Shown piece after piece: positions 46,837-58,609 of a DNA stretch of 64,000 bases (positions within the stretch are counted from its first letter, which is position 1; each line of letters begins with the position of its first letter). The stretch is taken from NCBI GenBank assembly GCA_014905635.1, contig JABVCE010000003.1:310001-374000 (forward strand). The letters are read 5' to 3'. The position numbers were made by a program, and so were the translations under genes. Source of the stretch: Scenedesmus sp. PABB004. Its lineage: Eukaryota. The notes beneath the pieces were generated by a model. That model searched no databases and was not told the origin of the DNA. It saw only the letters and a list, made by a program, of their open reading frames with translations.

Positions 46837-48959
46837 TCACAGCCGGCTGCGCGCGCCGCCGCCGCCGGCGCCGCCGCCCGCGCCCGCGCCCGCGTCGGCG
46901 TCGCGCAGGCCGAGCAGCAGCTCCACCGCCTCCGCGAACACGGTCGTGAGGCGGTCGACGTCCGCGGCGGTCGTCTGGGGGCAAATGAGCATCATGTTGT
47001 GGAACGGCGTGAGCAGCAGGCCGCGGTTCAGGCACGCGAGGTGCATGTAGCGGTCAATTTCAGCATCCACCGCCGCCGCCGCCTCGGCGCCGTTGCGCGG
47101 CGGGGTCGGCGAGGTCCAGAACTCGACGCGGCAGCCGAGGCGCTTCACGATCCAGGGCAGGCCGTGCGCGGCGATGACGCCCGCGATGCCAGCCTCGCAG
47201 CGCGCGCCGAGGGCGATCATGTGCCTGCCGCCCGCGGGCGCGCGCAGCGGGGGCGGCGGCGCCGTGCGTCGGTGCATGCCGACTGCGAACGGCAGGCGCA
47301 CGGCGGGCGCGCGCGCGCTGAGCGCGCGCACTCAAAGGCGTCGTCGGTGAGCACGTGCTCCAGCGTGGACCGCATCGCGGCCAGGCTGAGCGCGTTGCCC
47401 GCGAGCGTGCCGCCGATGCCGCCGGTGTCGCTCTCGTCGTCGCGGATGCGCCCCGTCAGCCGCGCTGCGAGCTCGGCACTGAAGCCGTACGCCGCCGCGG
47501 GCACGCCGCCTGGCCGCGGCGGCGGCGGGCGAGGCCAGGTCGGGCGCGTGCTGGCCCCGGGGCCGGCGCCGCACGCTGGTAGCCGCGCCGCCAGCGCCCG
47601 ACCGACCCCGCGGCGGCAGCGGGCAGCCGATCGCGCCGCACCCGCGATGGGCTTGCCAATGACCAGCATGTCGGGCTGCAGGCCGTGCGCGCGCGTGAAG
47701 CCGCCCGGCCCCGCGCTGATGGTGTGCGTTTCGTCGATGATCAGCAGGGTGCCAGCGCTGTACGGCGGCGCGGCGCGGCGCGGCGCGGTCGGCGCGATCG
47801 GGGGCGGCGATCCCGCTCTCCGCGCGCGCCCCGCGCGGCGCGCGGGGCCCCTCCTCACCGGCGCGTGAGGTCGCGCAGCGCGTCGTGGAAGCCCGGGTCG
47901 GGGTGGACGATGCCGATGTTGGTCAGCGCCGGCTCGCACAGCACGGCCGCGACGTCGCCCGCCGCGAGCGCGGCGGCGAGGCCGGGGACGTCGTTGAACT
48001 CCACCACCCGCGTCGTCTCGCGTGGGTGCACGGGCGGGCCGAGGTTGCCGGCGCGCTGCTCGACGCGGCCGTCCGCCCTGCGCGCGCAGGGCGGCGCGCC
48101 GCGCGGTGCCGTGGGCGACGGCGGGGCGCGCGTGCGCGTGCGCGGGCGCAGGCGCGTGCAGCGTGCAGAGTGGCATGGCCGGCGGCCCGCGCAGTGCTCG
48201 AGGCTGCGCGCGCACGTGAGCGTGGCAAAGGTCTCATCAACGGTGCCGTGGTAGCACCAGTTGAAGACCAGGAGCTTGGGCCTGCGCGCAGCAGCGGGCG
48301 GGGAGCAGGCGGGGCGGCGGGGCCGGGTCCACCCCGCGCTTGGCCGCGGGGGCCCCACCGCGCTTGCTGGCAGCAGCTGGCAGCGCCGCGCGCGCCGCGC
48401 GCCGCGCGCCTGCCGGTGACGTGGCGCGCGAGGCGGATGGCGAAGCGGTTGGCGTCGGTCGCGGTCAGCGCAAACTGCCAGAGCGGCAGCCCGAAGCGGC
48501 GCGTCAGCTCGCGCCCGACCCAGACCGCGTCGCGCGTCGGCAGCATGAACGTCGCGCCCGCGGCCATGCGCTCGCTCACCGCCTGCGCCGCCGCGCGCGG
48601 CGCGAGCTGGGCGGCGCGGCGCGCGCGCGAGCGGCCGCGCAGCGCGGCGCCGCCACAGCACACGCGTGCGCGCGCGCCTGCGCGGCGGCGCGCGGGGCGT
48701 GGCCGGCCATCGCGCCGGTGTCGCCGAGGCAAAAGTCGACGTAGTTGTCGCCGTCGACCGACGTGAAGTGCGCGCCGCGCGCGGCGTCCACAAAGATGGG
48801 GAACTGCCCCGCCGAGCGCACCATCCAGTGCATCGGCACGCCGCCGAGCAGGCAGCCGCTGGCCTCGCGGAAGAGCGCCGCGCTGCGGGGGTTGCGCGCG
48901 GCGAAGCGGGCCTCCTCGTCCGCGATCAGGCGCGCCAGGCGCCGCCGGTCGATGGCCAT
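46837..48959 (-). CDS. PLP-dependent class III aminotransferase, GSA-aminomutase-like fold (7 exons)
   Basis: GAHFTSVDGDNYVDFCLG, YHGTVD, AAVLCEP, GTLLIIDETHT, PDMLVIGKPIAGGVP (PLP Lys), GGTLAGNALS. Two GC donors (48677, 48409). Confidence 0.9.
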
Positions 48960-49866
48960 GCTGCCTGGCTGGCCGGCCTGACGCTCGTGGCCCTGGGGGG
49001 CGGTGCCGCCTGCCGCTTGCGGGAGCGCGCGCCGGCGGCGAAAGAGGGAGAGCAGCGGCGCCGCCGGTCACTCGCGGTGCGACGAGCTCGCGTGGCGCCG
49101 TGCGGGAGGAGGAGGAGTGCGAGGAGGTGAGGCACTGGGTGGACAGTGGCGCGGGCGGACGCGCCGGCGGGGGGCTGCCCGCGCCCAGGCGGCGCCGCTC
49201 GCAGGGTTGAGCCCGGTGACGCTGCGGCCGGCGGTCGTGCAGGTCGTGCGGGGTCTGCGGCCGCTCCCAGGGCTGCCGCAAGAGCTGGGAGGGGCGTCGC
49301 TCGCCCAGGCGGCGCCTTTGGCCCGCGCGCCGACGGCGCCGCCGCCCCGCGCCGCGGAGCCGCCGGTCGCGGCTGCTGCGTGGAGCTGTGATCGTGCCAG
49401 GGCGACCGGGCGGGGCGGGGCGGGGCGTTCTACGCACTGCTGCACGCCGCGGCGCGCGCCCGGGAAGCCGGGCGCTGCGCGGCGGCGCCAGCAGCCTCGC
49501 CCTGCCGCGGCGGCGCGCGCGCGGCGGGGTACTGCCCTCTACGAGACGCTGCGACTGCGTCCGGCTCAGCATCCGCCCGCCCGCATGAGCCCCGGCCGCG
49601 TCGCAGTCAGCTGCGCGCGGCACCCGCCTGTGCCGCATTGCGTGCCGCCGCGCCCCGCCCACACCGGCCAGTCGCGAGGTGCCGCTCGCCGCATCGCCGC
49701 GCCGCGTCGTCGCAGCCCCGCGCCCCCCGGCGCCCGACAGGCCCGGCGCGCGCCCGGCAGCGCCCCTTTTCGGCCGGCCGCTCGTCCCGGGCGACCGCCT
49801 CGCGACCGCAACCCCGCCGGCGGCGCAGCACGCCGCGCCGCGCCCGCACGCGTCGCCTAGGCCGAC

Positions 49867-52495
49867 ATGATGGCCCTCCGCGCCACGCCGACGGCCGGCC
49901 GCGCGGCCGCGGCCGCGCCCTCGGTGCGCGACGGCTCGGAAGGGGTGGCTCCCCGCAGCGCGCGGCGCGCCCTGGGGCGCGGCCCGCGGGCCGCGGGGCG
50001 CTGCGCGATGGCAGCAGCAGCAGCCCCCGCGAGCGTTATGAGCGCAGCCCCGCCGCCCGGCCGCCAATTGGGGGCCCGCCCGCGTCCTGCACGCACGAGG
50101 CGGGCGGGCGCGGCCGGCGGGCGGGCGCGCGCGCCGCGGCGCGCGCCGGCAGCGGCGCGGCAGCAGCAGCGGCGGCGCCGGCGCTGCCGCCCCGCGGCGC
50201 GCCGCCTGCCGCGCGCCCTCGCTCGCCCACCGCTCGCCGCCGCCCCTCCCGCCGCTCCCGCCGCCGCGCAGGCGCCGCGCCTCGCGCCCGCGCCCGCGCC
50301 GCGCCGCGCGGCGCCGCGCGCGCCGGCGCCGCCGCGCGCCGCGCCCGACAAGAACGGCGCGTTTGACGGCCTCTCCATGGGCCCCATCAGCGTCGGCGCG
50401 TCGGCGGAGGCCAAGGACCGCGGCGGCGGGTCGGCCAAGCCGGTGGACCGCAGCAAGGGCCTGTGGACGCGGTGCGACAAGTGCGGCGTCATCCTCTACA
50501 TCAAGCACCTCAAGGAGCACCACCACATCTGCTTCGGCTGCAACTACCACCTCAAGATGTCCAGCCAGGAGCGCATCGACCACATGCTCGACGCCGGTGC
50601 GCGCCGCGCCGCCGCGCGCGCCGCGCCGCGCCGCCGCGCGGGGGCCTCTGCCGACCCTCACGCCGCCGCGCCGCCGCCGCCGCGCCGCCAGGCACGTGGC
50701 GCGCGCTGGACGAGACGCTGAGCCCGTGCGATCCGCTGGACTTTGTTGACATGAAGCCCTACCCCGACCGCGTGCGCGACAGCCAGGACAAGACCGGTGC
50801 GCGCGCCGCGCCGCGCTGCGCTGCGCCGCGCCGGCCGCGGCCGCACGTGCCTCTCCCACCCACCCACCCACCCACCCACCACACGCGCCGCGCCCCGGCA
50901 GGCATGAACGACGCGATCCGCACCGGCACGGGCCTGCTGCACGGCATCCCCGTCGCGCTGGCGGTGATGGAGTTTGGCTTCATGGGCGGCAGCATGGGCA
51001 GCGTGGTGGGCGAGAAGCTCACGCGGCTCATCGAGTACGCGACGCAGGAGGGCCTCACCCTGCTCGTCGTCTGCACCAGCGGCGGCGCGCGCATGCAGGC
51101 GCGTGCGCGCGCAGGGCTCGCACGCCGCGCCGCGCCGCGCCGCGCCGCGCGGGGGCGCCCGCGCGGGGGCTCGCATGCCCCTGCCGCGTGCGCCCTCACG
51201 CCGCCGCCGCTGCCGCCGCCGCGCCTGCGCCGCCCCTCCCTCCCTGCGCGCGCGCGCGCAGGAGGGCATCATGAGCCTGATGCAGATGGCCAAGATCAGC
51301 GGCGCGCTGCACGTGCACCAGAACGAGGCCAACCTGCTCTACATCTCAATCCTCACCAGCCCCACCACCGGCGGCGTGACCGCGAGCTTTGGCATGCTCG
51401 GCGACATCATCATCGCCGAGCCCCAGGCCATCATCGGCTTTGCCGGCCGCCGCGTCATCGAGCAGACGCTGCGCGAGGAGCTGCCCGACGACTTCCAGGC
51501 GCGGCGCGGCGCGGCGCGACGCGGCTGTGGCGGCGGCGGCGGCAGCGCGCGGCGCGCCCCGCCCTCCCCGCAGTCCCCGCGCGCCCGCCTGACCCGCCCT
51601 CCCGCCCTCTCGCGCCCCTCCCTGCCACGCCCTCCCTGCCTCCCTGCCTGCCCCCCCCCCACGCACACGCACACGCCCAGACCGCGGAGTACCTGCTGGA
51701 CAAGGGCCTGCTTGACCTGGTCGTGCCGCGCTCCTTCCTCAAGGGCGCGCTCTTCGAGATCATCGACTTCTACAAGGTGCGTGTGTGTGTGTGGGGGGGG
51801 GGCACCACGGCACCAAGCAGCAGGCACATCCACACACACACACACCCACACACCCACACACGCACACGTACGCATCTGCACGCGCGGCCCGGCCCTGCCC
51901 GGGCGTCTGCGCGCTGTGCGCTGAGTGCGCTGCGTGCTGAGCGCCACCGCGCCGCTGCGCCGCGCCGCCGCAGAACGCTCCGTACAAGCGGCGCGGCAAG
52001 ATTCCGTTTGGCGTGCAGCGCGGCACGTACGGGCTGACGTCGGAGGAGAAGATGCGGCGCCGCTGGCGGGAGTGGGCCGCCGCGGGCGGGCCCGCCAACG
52101 GCAGCGGCGCGCCCGCGCTCGCGGCGGCGGGCGGCGAGCCCAGCTACCAGGTGCGCGGGGGAGGCAGGGCCGCGCCCGGCGCGCGGCCGGCGCCACCGGC
52201 GCGCCCGCGCCCGGCTCACGCGCGCCGCCGCGCCGCGCGTCGCGTCGCGTCGCTGCAGGACCTGGTGTCGTCGTTCCAGAGCGTCTGCGCGTCTGCGGCG
52301 GAGCAGCTGGTCGGCGGCGAGCTGGACGTGAGCGAGCTGGTGGGCGAGCCGGCGGCGCTGGACGACGCGGTCGCGCTGAGCAAGGACAGCGTGATCGAGT
52401 GGATGGAGGTGCAGGCGGAGCTGCTCGCCAAGGAGCCGGCGCCGGAGTTTGTGTTCAGGGTCAAGGAGGCCACCTACTCGGGCCGCCAGGTCTGA
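49867..52495 (+). CDS. accD: Plastid acetyl-CoA carboxylase carboxyltransferase beta subunit, nuclear-encoded (7 exons; start 49867 or 50008)
   Basis: LWTRCDKC...ICFGC zinc finger, [51 protein letters not shown]; long Ala/Arg-rich transit peptide. GC donors at 51099 and 51499. Confidence 0.92.
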
Positions 52496-53319
52496 GACTG
52501 GGCGTGTCGGGCCCGCGGGCGCGCGCGGGCGGTCGGGGCGGCGGGCGGCGGGGCGGGGCGGCGGGCGGGCGGGCGGCGGGCTTGCACTGCAGCTGGGGCA
52601 GTGGCTCGTGCGGGGCAGCAGCAGCGGGGGGCCAGCGCCGGCGGCGGCGGCGGTGGCGCGTTGCCGCGCCCGGCGGCGGCTTGCGGGCGCGCGGGCTCCT
52701 GCCCGCCGCCCGCACGCGGCCCGCGCGCGCGGCTGCGCCCTTTTTTGAACAGCGGAGCTCCGTCCCGCCGGGCGCGGGAATGCGGTCGTGGCAGGGCGGG
52801 TGGCTCGTCGGGGCACGGCGCGGGCGGGTGCTGGCGGGCGGGCGGGTGTCCAGGGCCTGCGGCCATGGCGCGGCCATGGCCATGGCGCGGGCTGGCTGGC
52901 GGAGGGCAATTGAGCCGAGGTAACGCGAGCGACGGAGCGCGGCACGTCGCGAGATCACCACCCGTCGGCAGCGCCACCGCCGCCCAGCGTTCCGCAACCC
53001 GCCGGCGCCGACGCGCACAGCCTCCCACACGCGCCGCGCGCTTCTCACCAGCTGACACAGTGCATTCGCATTCATGCCGGACAGTGCACCGGCCGGCGCA
53101 CACGCCGCGCCGGCGCTCAATGCTCTACCTGGAGTCCTGGAACTGCCGCCTGACAAGGAAGTGAGAATGTTTGAGGCTGTGCAAGATGTGGGTGCTGGCT
53201 CAAGAATCATACAAAGCAATGGGCCGAGCCGGCCGCCGTGCGGCGTGGCGTCAGGCGACGCAGAGCGTTCGAATCGCCGGCCGACGACTGAGCGAGCGGC
53301 GACGTGCCTCCGCGTGCGC

Positions 53320-55675
53320 TCAGCGGCAGCGGGCGTTCCTCGCGATGCAGCGGCCCCTGCACAGCTTCTGGTTGGCCGGGCAGGCGCAGCTCCCGCCCTT
53401 GCTGCTGCCCTTCTTCACGCAGGCCTGGGGCGCGCGGCAGTCGGCGCTGGAGCAGCACTGCTTGTTCGGGATGCACGTGCCGTCGCAGAACCTGGCCACG
53501 GCGGCGGCGGGCAGGCGGCGGCGGCGGCGGCGGCTCAGCGCCTGCGGCCGACGCCGGAACAGGGAAGGGGTCGCCGCCGCGCGCGACTCACTTTGAGCCG
53601 CGCGGGCAGGCGCAAAGTTTGCCGTCGCCGGGGCAGGTCAGGCCGACCGGGCAGGTCGGGTCGGGGTTGCTCTTGCAGCACACGGGCGGCCCATCCTCGA
53701 CGGGCGGGTAGCACCAGCCCTCGCAGTAAAACCAGCCCGGGTCGCAGGGCGACAAGCACTGCGCGCCACTCTCAGGGCAGTACGTGTCATAGCTGCAGGT
53801 GTCGCCGTCGGGACCGTCGGGACAGCACGCGTCCTCGGAGATGCACTCGCCTGCACGGCGCGGCGCGGCGCGGCGCGGCGCGGGCCGTCAGCGTGGAGCG
53901 GGCGGCGGCGGCGCGGGCCCGGCGCGCTGGCCGTGCGCAGAGCTGGCCTCAGCGCGCCCGGGCGAGCGTGTGCGGCACGCACCCCCGCACGGGCGCTCGC
54001 CGCCCGAGCAGCACGACCCAGAGCCGGCGTTGCAGGAGCAATAGCTGGCAAAGGGCACCCCGTCGGTGTCGTACGTGAGGGGCGGGCTGTGCGGGCGGGA
54101 GGGGGGGCGGCGTGAGGCGGCGGTGCGAGCGGCCCGGCGCAGGCGGGCCACGCGCCGCAGCGCCGCGCAGCTGCCCCCGGCGCGCGCACCAGGTGAAGCC
54201 GTCTGCCTGGTTGCACTCGTTGTAGCCGTCCAGCGGGCAGCACGAGCCGTCGGGCGTGCACCAGGCCTCTGCCGGGCGGCGGCGGGCGGCGGCGTGGCGC
54301 GCTGCCGCGTGCGGCGCGCTGCCCGCTGCTGCGCGCCCGGCCCCCGCCCGCGCGAGCGCGGGCGCCGGGCCCTCGCTCACCGTCCTGGTCCGCGCACAGG
54401 CGGAACTTGGCCGGGCACAGGTCATCGCACTTGCCGCCGTTCTCGGGGCAGTACTGGGTCGCGGAGCAGTCGTCAGGCTCAGAGCAGCACGTGTCCTTTG
54501 CGATGCAATCGACGCCGCACTCCTTGGTGCCGGCGGGGCAGCCGCTGCACTGAGACGCGTCCTCGACGCCGCACACGCACTGCGTGCCGGACTCGGTGCA
54601 GGTGAAGGGGCTGGGGCAGGTTGAGGAGCTGGTGATGCAGCACGTGCCCTCCAGCACGCACACGTCCTCGCCGTTGCTCCCGCCGTTGGCGCAGAAGAGA
54701 TAGCCAGGACTGGGGGCAGGGCGGGCACGGGCGGGCGTGCAGGTGAGGGGCTGGGTGGATTGGACCAGCGAGCGCGGCCGCCGCCGCGCGGGCCGGGCCG
54801 GCAGCGCCGCTCACTCGCAGAGGGCGGTGCACTTGCTGGTCGCCGCGTCGCAGCGCTGGCCGAGCGGGCAGTCTTCCGCGGTGGGGCAGCAATCGGTGAC
54901 CGGGATGCAGCCGCTGCCGCAGGCCTTGGTGCCCGCCGCGCAGCCGCCGCCCGGCGGCGGCGGCGGCGGCACCCCGCCGCCGCCGCCGCTCTTGTCCGTG
55001 TAGTACGCTGCGATGCGCGCGGCGGAGTCGCCGATGCGCTTGGCGCAGTTGGCCGTGACGGCGTCGCCCGCGGGCAGGCCCTGGTAGCTGACGGCCGGGT
55101 TGGAGAAGAGCGTGACGCGCTGGGACGACTTGTCGCCGCAGTCTCCGTAGCTGCGGCGCGGGGCGGCGAGAGGGCGGCACGCGTGTCGCGGCGGGGCGGG
55201 CGCGGCGCGGCGCGGGTGCGGCGCGGCGGCGGCGGTAGCGCGCGGGCGACGGCGGCGCGCCGCGCACCTGAGGATCGTGTTCCACGGCTGCGCCAGCTCG
55301 CACCTGCGGCGCGGACAGCGGCGCTCGGCGGCGCCCCAAGCGGGCCGCGGCCCGGGCGGCGGCTGCGGGCGGCTGCGGGCGGGGCTCACCGCTTGAAGCC
55401 GAACGCCCACGAGTCCATGTCGGCGTTCGGCCTGTAGTCCACCGCATAGTCGTGGCCACAGCCAGCGTTGTGACCTGCAGGCGGCCCGGCGGCCGTGGGG
55501 TGGCGCGCGCACAGCCGGCCGAGCAGCGCCGCCGAGCGGCAGCAGCAGGGCACGCTGCTGCAGCAGCGAGTGGCAGGGCAGCAGGCGCGCGGCGTGCCAG
55601 CAGTCTCGCGCGCTGCAGCAGGCACCTGTCTCGTGAGCCAATGTGAGGCTGTACCAGCAGCCACGCATCACCTGC

Positions 55676-55715
<40 letters not shown>

Positions 55716-57558
55716 CGGCGTGTGAGCGGATCGGCGGGCTGACCGGGGCGGAGCGCGCGCGGAGAGGGGGGAGAAGGCGCAGAGCTGGGCAGCGGGGCCA
55801 GCGCAGGCGCTGCCGCGCACCGCGGTGAACATCCAGTCCGCGGGCGCGTCGTAGTTGCCGGGCGCGTAGCCGATGCCGCACACGGTGTTGTCGGCGTTGG
55901 CAAAGGTCACCAGGTCGGCGCCGAGCTGCCACGGCGGCGGCGGCGCGGGGTCGGCTCGCTGCGCGGGCGCGGGCGCGGGCGCGCGCCGCAGCCGCGGCCG
56001 CGGCGCCGCCGCACCTCCTCGCGCCACGCCAACACGCCGGGGATCTTGCCGCCCGAGAGGTCATCAATGATCTTCTCGGCGCTGCTGGGGGAGGGCGTGG
56101 GCTCCGTGTAGGTGCTGACCTGGCGCGCGGCGGCAACACGGTGGCGGCCAGGGCGGCAGCGAGCGGCGTTTGGCGGCGGCCCGCGGGGCGGCCGCGTCTG
56201 CTGCGGCGCGGCTGCGGCGCGGCTGCGGCTGCGGCTGCGGCTGCGGCTGCAGCTGCGGCGGCGCACCTTGCGGAAGCCGACCTTGCGGATGACCACGTTG
56301 ACGCCCGAGTCTGTGAAGGCCTTGTTCATGAGCGCGACGCTCATGTCAATCTGCTTCTCCAGCTCCGCCTCGCCGTTGGCCGTGCTCGCGGCGGCGGCAC
56401 TGTAGACGACGAGCAGCGTCTGCTCGATGCGCCCGTCTTGGAGGAGCCGGCGCCGGCCGCCGCCGCCGCCGCCGCGCGGCACGGGCGCGTACATCGCGGC
56501 GCCGGGCACGTCGCGCACGGGGCGGACGTTGCGCGCGGTGCTGGCGTTGGCCCGCGGCGCGGCGCCGGTCACGCGGACGGCGGTCATGCCAGACGGGGCG
56601 GCGCGCGACACGGGGGCCATGCTCCGCCGCGTGGGCATGACGCCGCGCAGCGTGGCCGCCGCGCTCTTGGCCGGCTTGGCCTGCGCGCTGCGCTTGCTGT
56701 TGAACTGCACCGGGTGCCCGTGGCGGCGCTTGGGCTCGCCCGCGTGCTCGACGACGACGTGCACGCGCGGCGCGCCGCCCTCGGCGGCCGCGGCCGCGCC
56801 GGCCCCCCCGCCAGCCTTCCACCTGGCGGGCAGCACCTGCGGCGGCCGCGTTGGCGGCGACGCGGGTGAGCGGCGCGCGCGGGGCGGGCGCGGGCGAGGC
56901 GGGCGCGCGCGCGGGCGGGCGGGCGCGCGGGCGGGCGCGGGCGGGGCGGGCGCGGGCGGGGCGGGCGCGGGCGCGGGCGCACGCGGCGCACCAGGTAGTA
57001 GCGCCACGCCGCCGGCTGCACGCTCTTGTCCAGGAACTGCACGTTGCCGTGCACCGCGCCGCTGGCGTCAAACATGAGCGCCACGAAGCTCTCGGGCGCG
57101 GGCCGGTCGGCGAGCTGGCCGACCCACATGCCGGCGGGCGCGTCGACGTCGGAGCGGCGCACCGCCGCGACGGGCGCGTCCGAGTCGGGCAGCAGCAGCG
57201 TCACCGCCGTGGGCAGGCCCGAGAGCGCGTCCACGTCGACGTGCACCAGCTTCACCGGCCAGGCGCCCGCGCCTGCGGGCAGCGGCGGCGGCGGCGGGTG
57301 ACGCCGCTGCTGCTCGCGCGCGCGGGTGCCGCCGCCCCGGCGCCGCCCGGCGCTGCCCTCACCGCCGGCGGCCGCCGCGCCCGCGCCGCGCGCGGGGGGC
57401 GGCAGCAGATCAGGCGGCAGCTGCAGGAGCGTGGCGACGGGAGCAGCCGACGCGGGGCCGCTGAACTGCACGGCGCTCATCAGCGGCGTGGGCGCGCCCG
57501 CGGCCGCGGCGAGGCCCGACAGCGCGACGACGACGACCATCAGCATGCTGGGCGTCAT
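53320..57558 (-). CDS. Secreted metzincin (reprolysin-like) zinc metalloprotease with Cys-rich C-terminal repeats (about 14 exons)
   Basis: Hydrophobic signal (MLMVVVVALSGLAAAAG), prodomain ending RRRLLQ, LLVVYS, GADLV, CGIGY, HETGHNAGCGH (HExxHxxGxxH across an intron), FSNP, Pro linker, repeated C-x3-C-x4-5-CC modules. Confidence 0.85.
55475..55625 (-). repeat. Intron homologous, in inverted orientation, to 58640-58798
   Basis: Shared blocks ACCTGCAGGCGGCCCGGC and GCGCGCACAGCCGGCCGAG.AGCGCCGCCGAGCGGCAGCAGCAGGGC.CG.TGCTGCAGCAGC.AGTGGCAGGGCAGCAGGCGCGCG. Confidence 0.9.
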
Positions 57559-58011
57559 CGAGGCGGCCCCGGACGGCCTGCGGGAGCGCGGCAGCGCGCA
57601 GGAAGGTCGCCGAGGCATTCGCGGTGCGAACGCGGACCAATGGCCCCGCTCGCGTGCTGCGCGGGGCCGCCGTTCGAGCGCTGAGGCAGCTGGCTGCCCG
57701 GCCGGCCGTGAAGGGCCACGCCAAAGCGGCTCACCGCGGAGGAGGCGGGCGCGCCGGGATGCCGGCGGGCGGGGCTGCGCGACAATGCGGCTGGCAGCCA
57801 GTCAGCCTCTCCCAGCGTCGCGGACGGAGGAAGTAGGTGATGTGCTGAGCCGGGCGCCGCACAAGATAGCCGAGCGTCACCGATTGGGCTTGCCTGCACC
57901 ACGGTCCCGGCCAAACCCCCGCCTGCGCTTTCGCCCAGCTCCGATAAGGCCGCCCGTCGCTCTCGATGCTGCCGCCAGCGCGCAGGCACGCGCGCGGGGC
58001 CCGGTGCGCGC

Positions 58012-58546
58012 TCAGCCCATCTGGCTGGCGACCTTGATGCACTGGAGCACGTACTCGTGCAGCTTGTCCAGCGCCTCGCCAAAGTTGCCGTACGCAACCT
58101 TGACCACGGGAAGGCCCTGCGCCTCGTACGCGCACAGGTACTCCTGCAGGAGCCGCATGCGCCGCAGCGCCTCGCCCGGCGGCACCGCGCAGCCGCCCAG
58201 CTGCGCGAGCGCCTCCTCCTGCATGAGCTGGTGGTCGGCCTCGTCCATGCACACCAGGATGGGCACAAACAGCGGCCGCAGCACCTCGGCGCCGCACTGC
58301 GCGCCCGCCGCCGCCGCCGCCGCAGCACGCGCCGCGCCGCGGCCGAGGCCGGCAGCTGCCGGCTCGCGCGCCGGCGCCAGCGCCGGTGCGGGCGGCGCGT
58401 CCGCGGCCACCGCTGCTGCGGCACGCGGCGGGCCGGCCGCCTGGGCGCCAGCTGCACCCGCCTGCTGCTGCTGGTGCTGGGCTGGCGGGCCGCCGGCCGT
58501 GCCGTTGGCACCGCCACAGCCACCACCACTCCGCTGCAGCCCTCCC

Positions 58547-58609
<63 letters not shown>

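Noticed and set aside
46837..48959. Calling this gene plastid GSA1/hemL
   Set aside because: No transit peptide, and it lacks hemL signatures such as GGVNSPVR and NSGTEA.
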